Origin: Hydrolagus affinis
Taxonomy: Eukaryota
Assembly: GCA_012026655.1 (NCBI GenBank)
Contig: JAAILG010000155.1
Coordinates: 1 to 64,000 of the forward strand
Direction of reading: 5' to 3'
DNA: 64,000 nucleotides
Part shown: positions 63,746 to 64,000 of the stretch, one piece after another
Numbering within the stretch: position 1 is the stretch's first letter
Layout of the letters: each line of letters opens with the position of its first letter
Notes under the pieces: model-generated
Seen by the model: the letters and a program-made list of their open reading frames with translations, nothing else
Told to the model about the DNA's origin: nothing
Databases searched by the model: none
Program-made: the position numbers and the translations under genes

Positions 63746-64000
63746 GAGGATAAAAGCAGCAGTGATGTAAGTCTCAACTATTTTCAATTAATCCATGCTT
63801 TGGAAAGCATGAACACAGAGGCATTCTCCTTTCCTGTGGATTCTTCACAATACAACTAATAGGACTATGGGTTCCCTGCACCATTCTCACAAAGAAGCTT
63901 TGGTTCAACTAGCAGGAAGCAATTATATCCTTCTGCTATTACAGGCTCTAACCTTGGGGGACGAGAGCCACCAGCAGCAGATCGTCTTCCCTCACCCCTC

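Overview
Non-coding (intronic or intergenic), repeat-dense vertebrate DNA. The repeat complement points to a cartilaginous fish, most like a holocephalan (Callorhinchus/chimaera); this is an inference from recalled repeat families. No host protein-coding exon, rRNA, true tRNA gene or CRISPR array could be supported. The window holds: many copies of a young tRNA-Ala-headed SINE with a Deu-like core and an L2-type tail; older full DeuSINEs; LF-SINE-like relics; CR1 and L2 LINE fragments, several nested; and one TA-flanked Tigger/pogo-type MITE. Two signals stand out. (1) A fold-back, Penelope-like pLTR repeat carries a minimal type I hammerhead ribozyme motif, in three recognisable copies plus remnants. 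(2) About ten very old, stop- and frameshift-riddled stretches read as PIF/Harbinger transposase or its partner Myb/SANT-like protein, and two of them share a 24/25-nt block. Several repeat-free islands look like conserved non-coding regulatory elements. Most repeat boundaries are approximate, read by eye.
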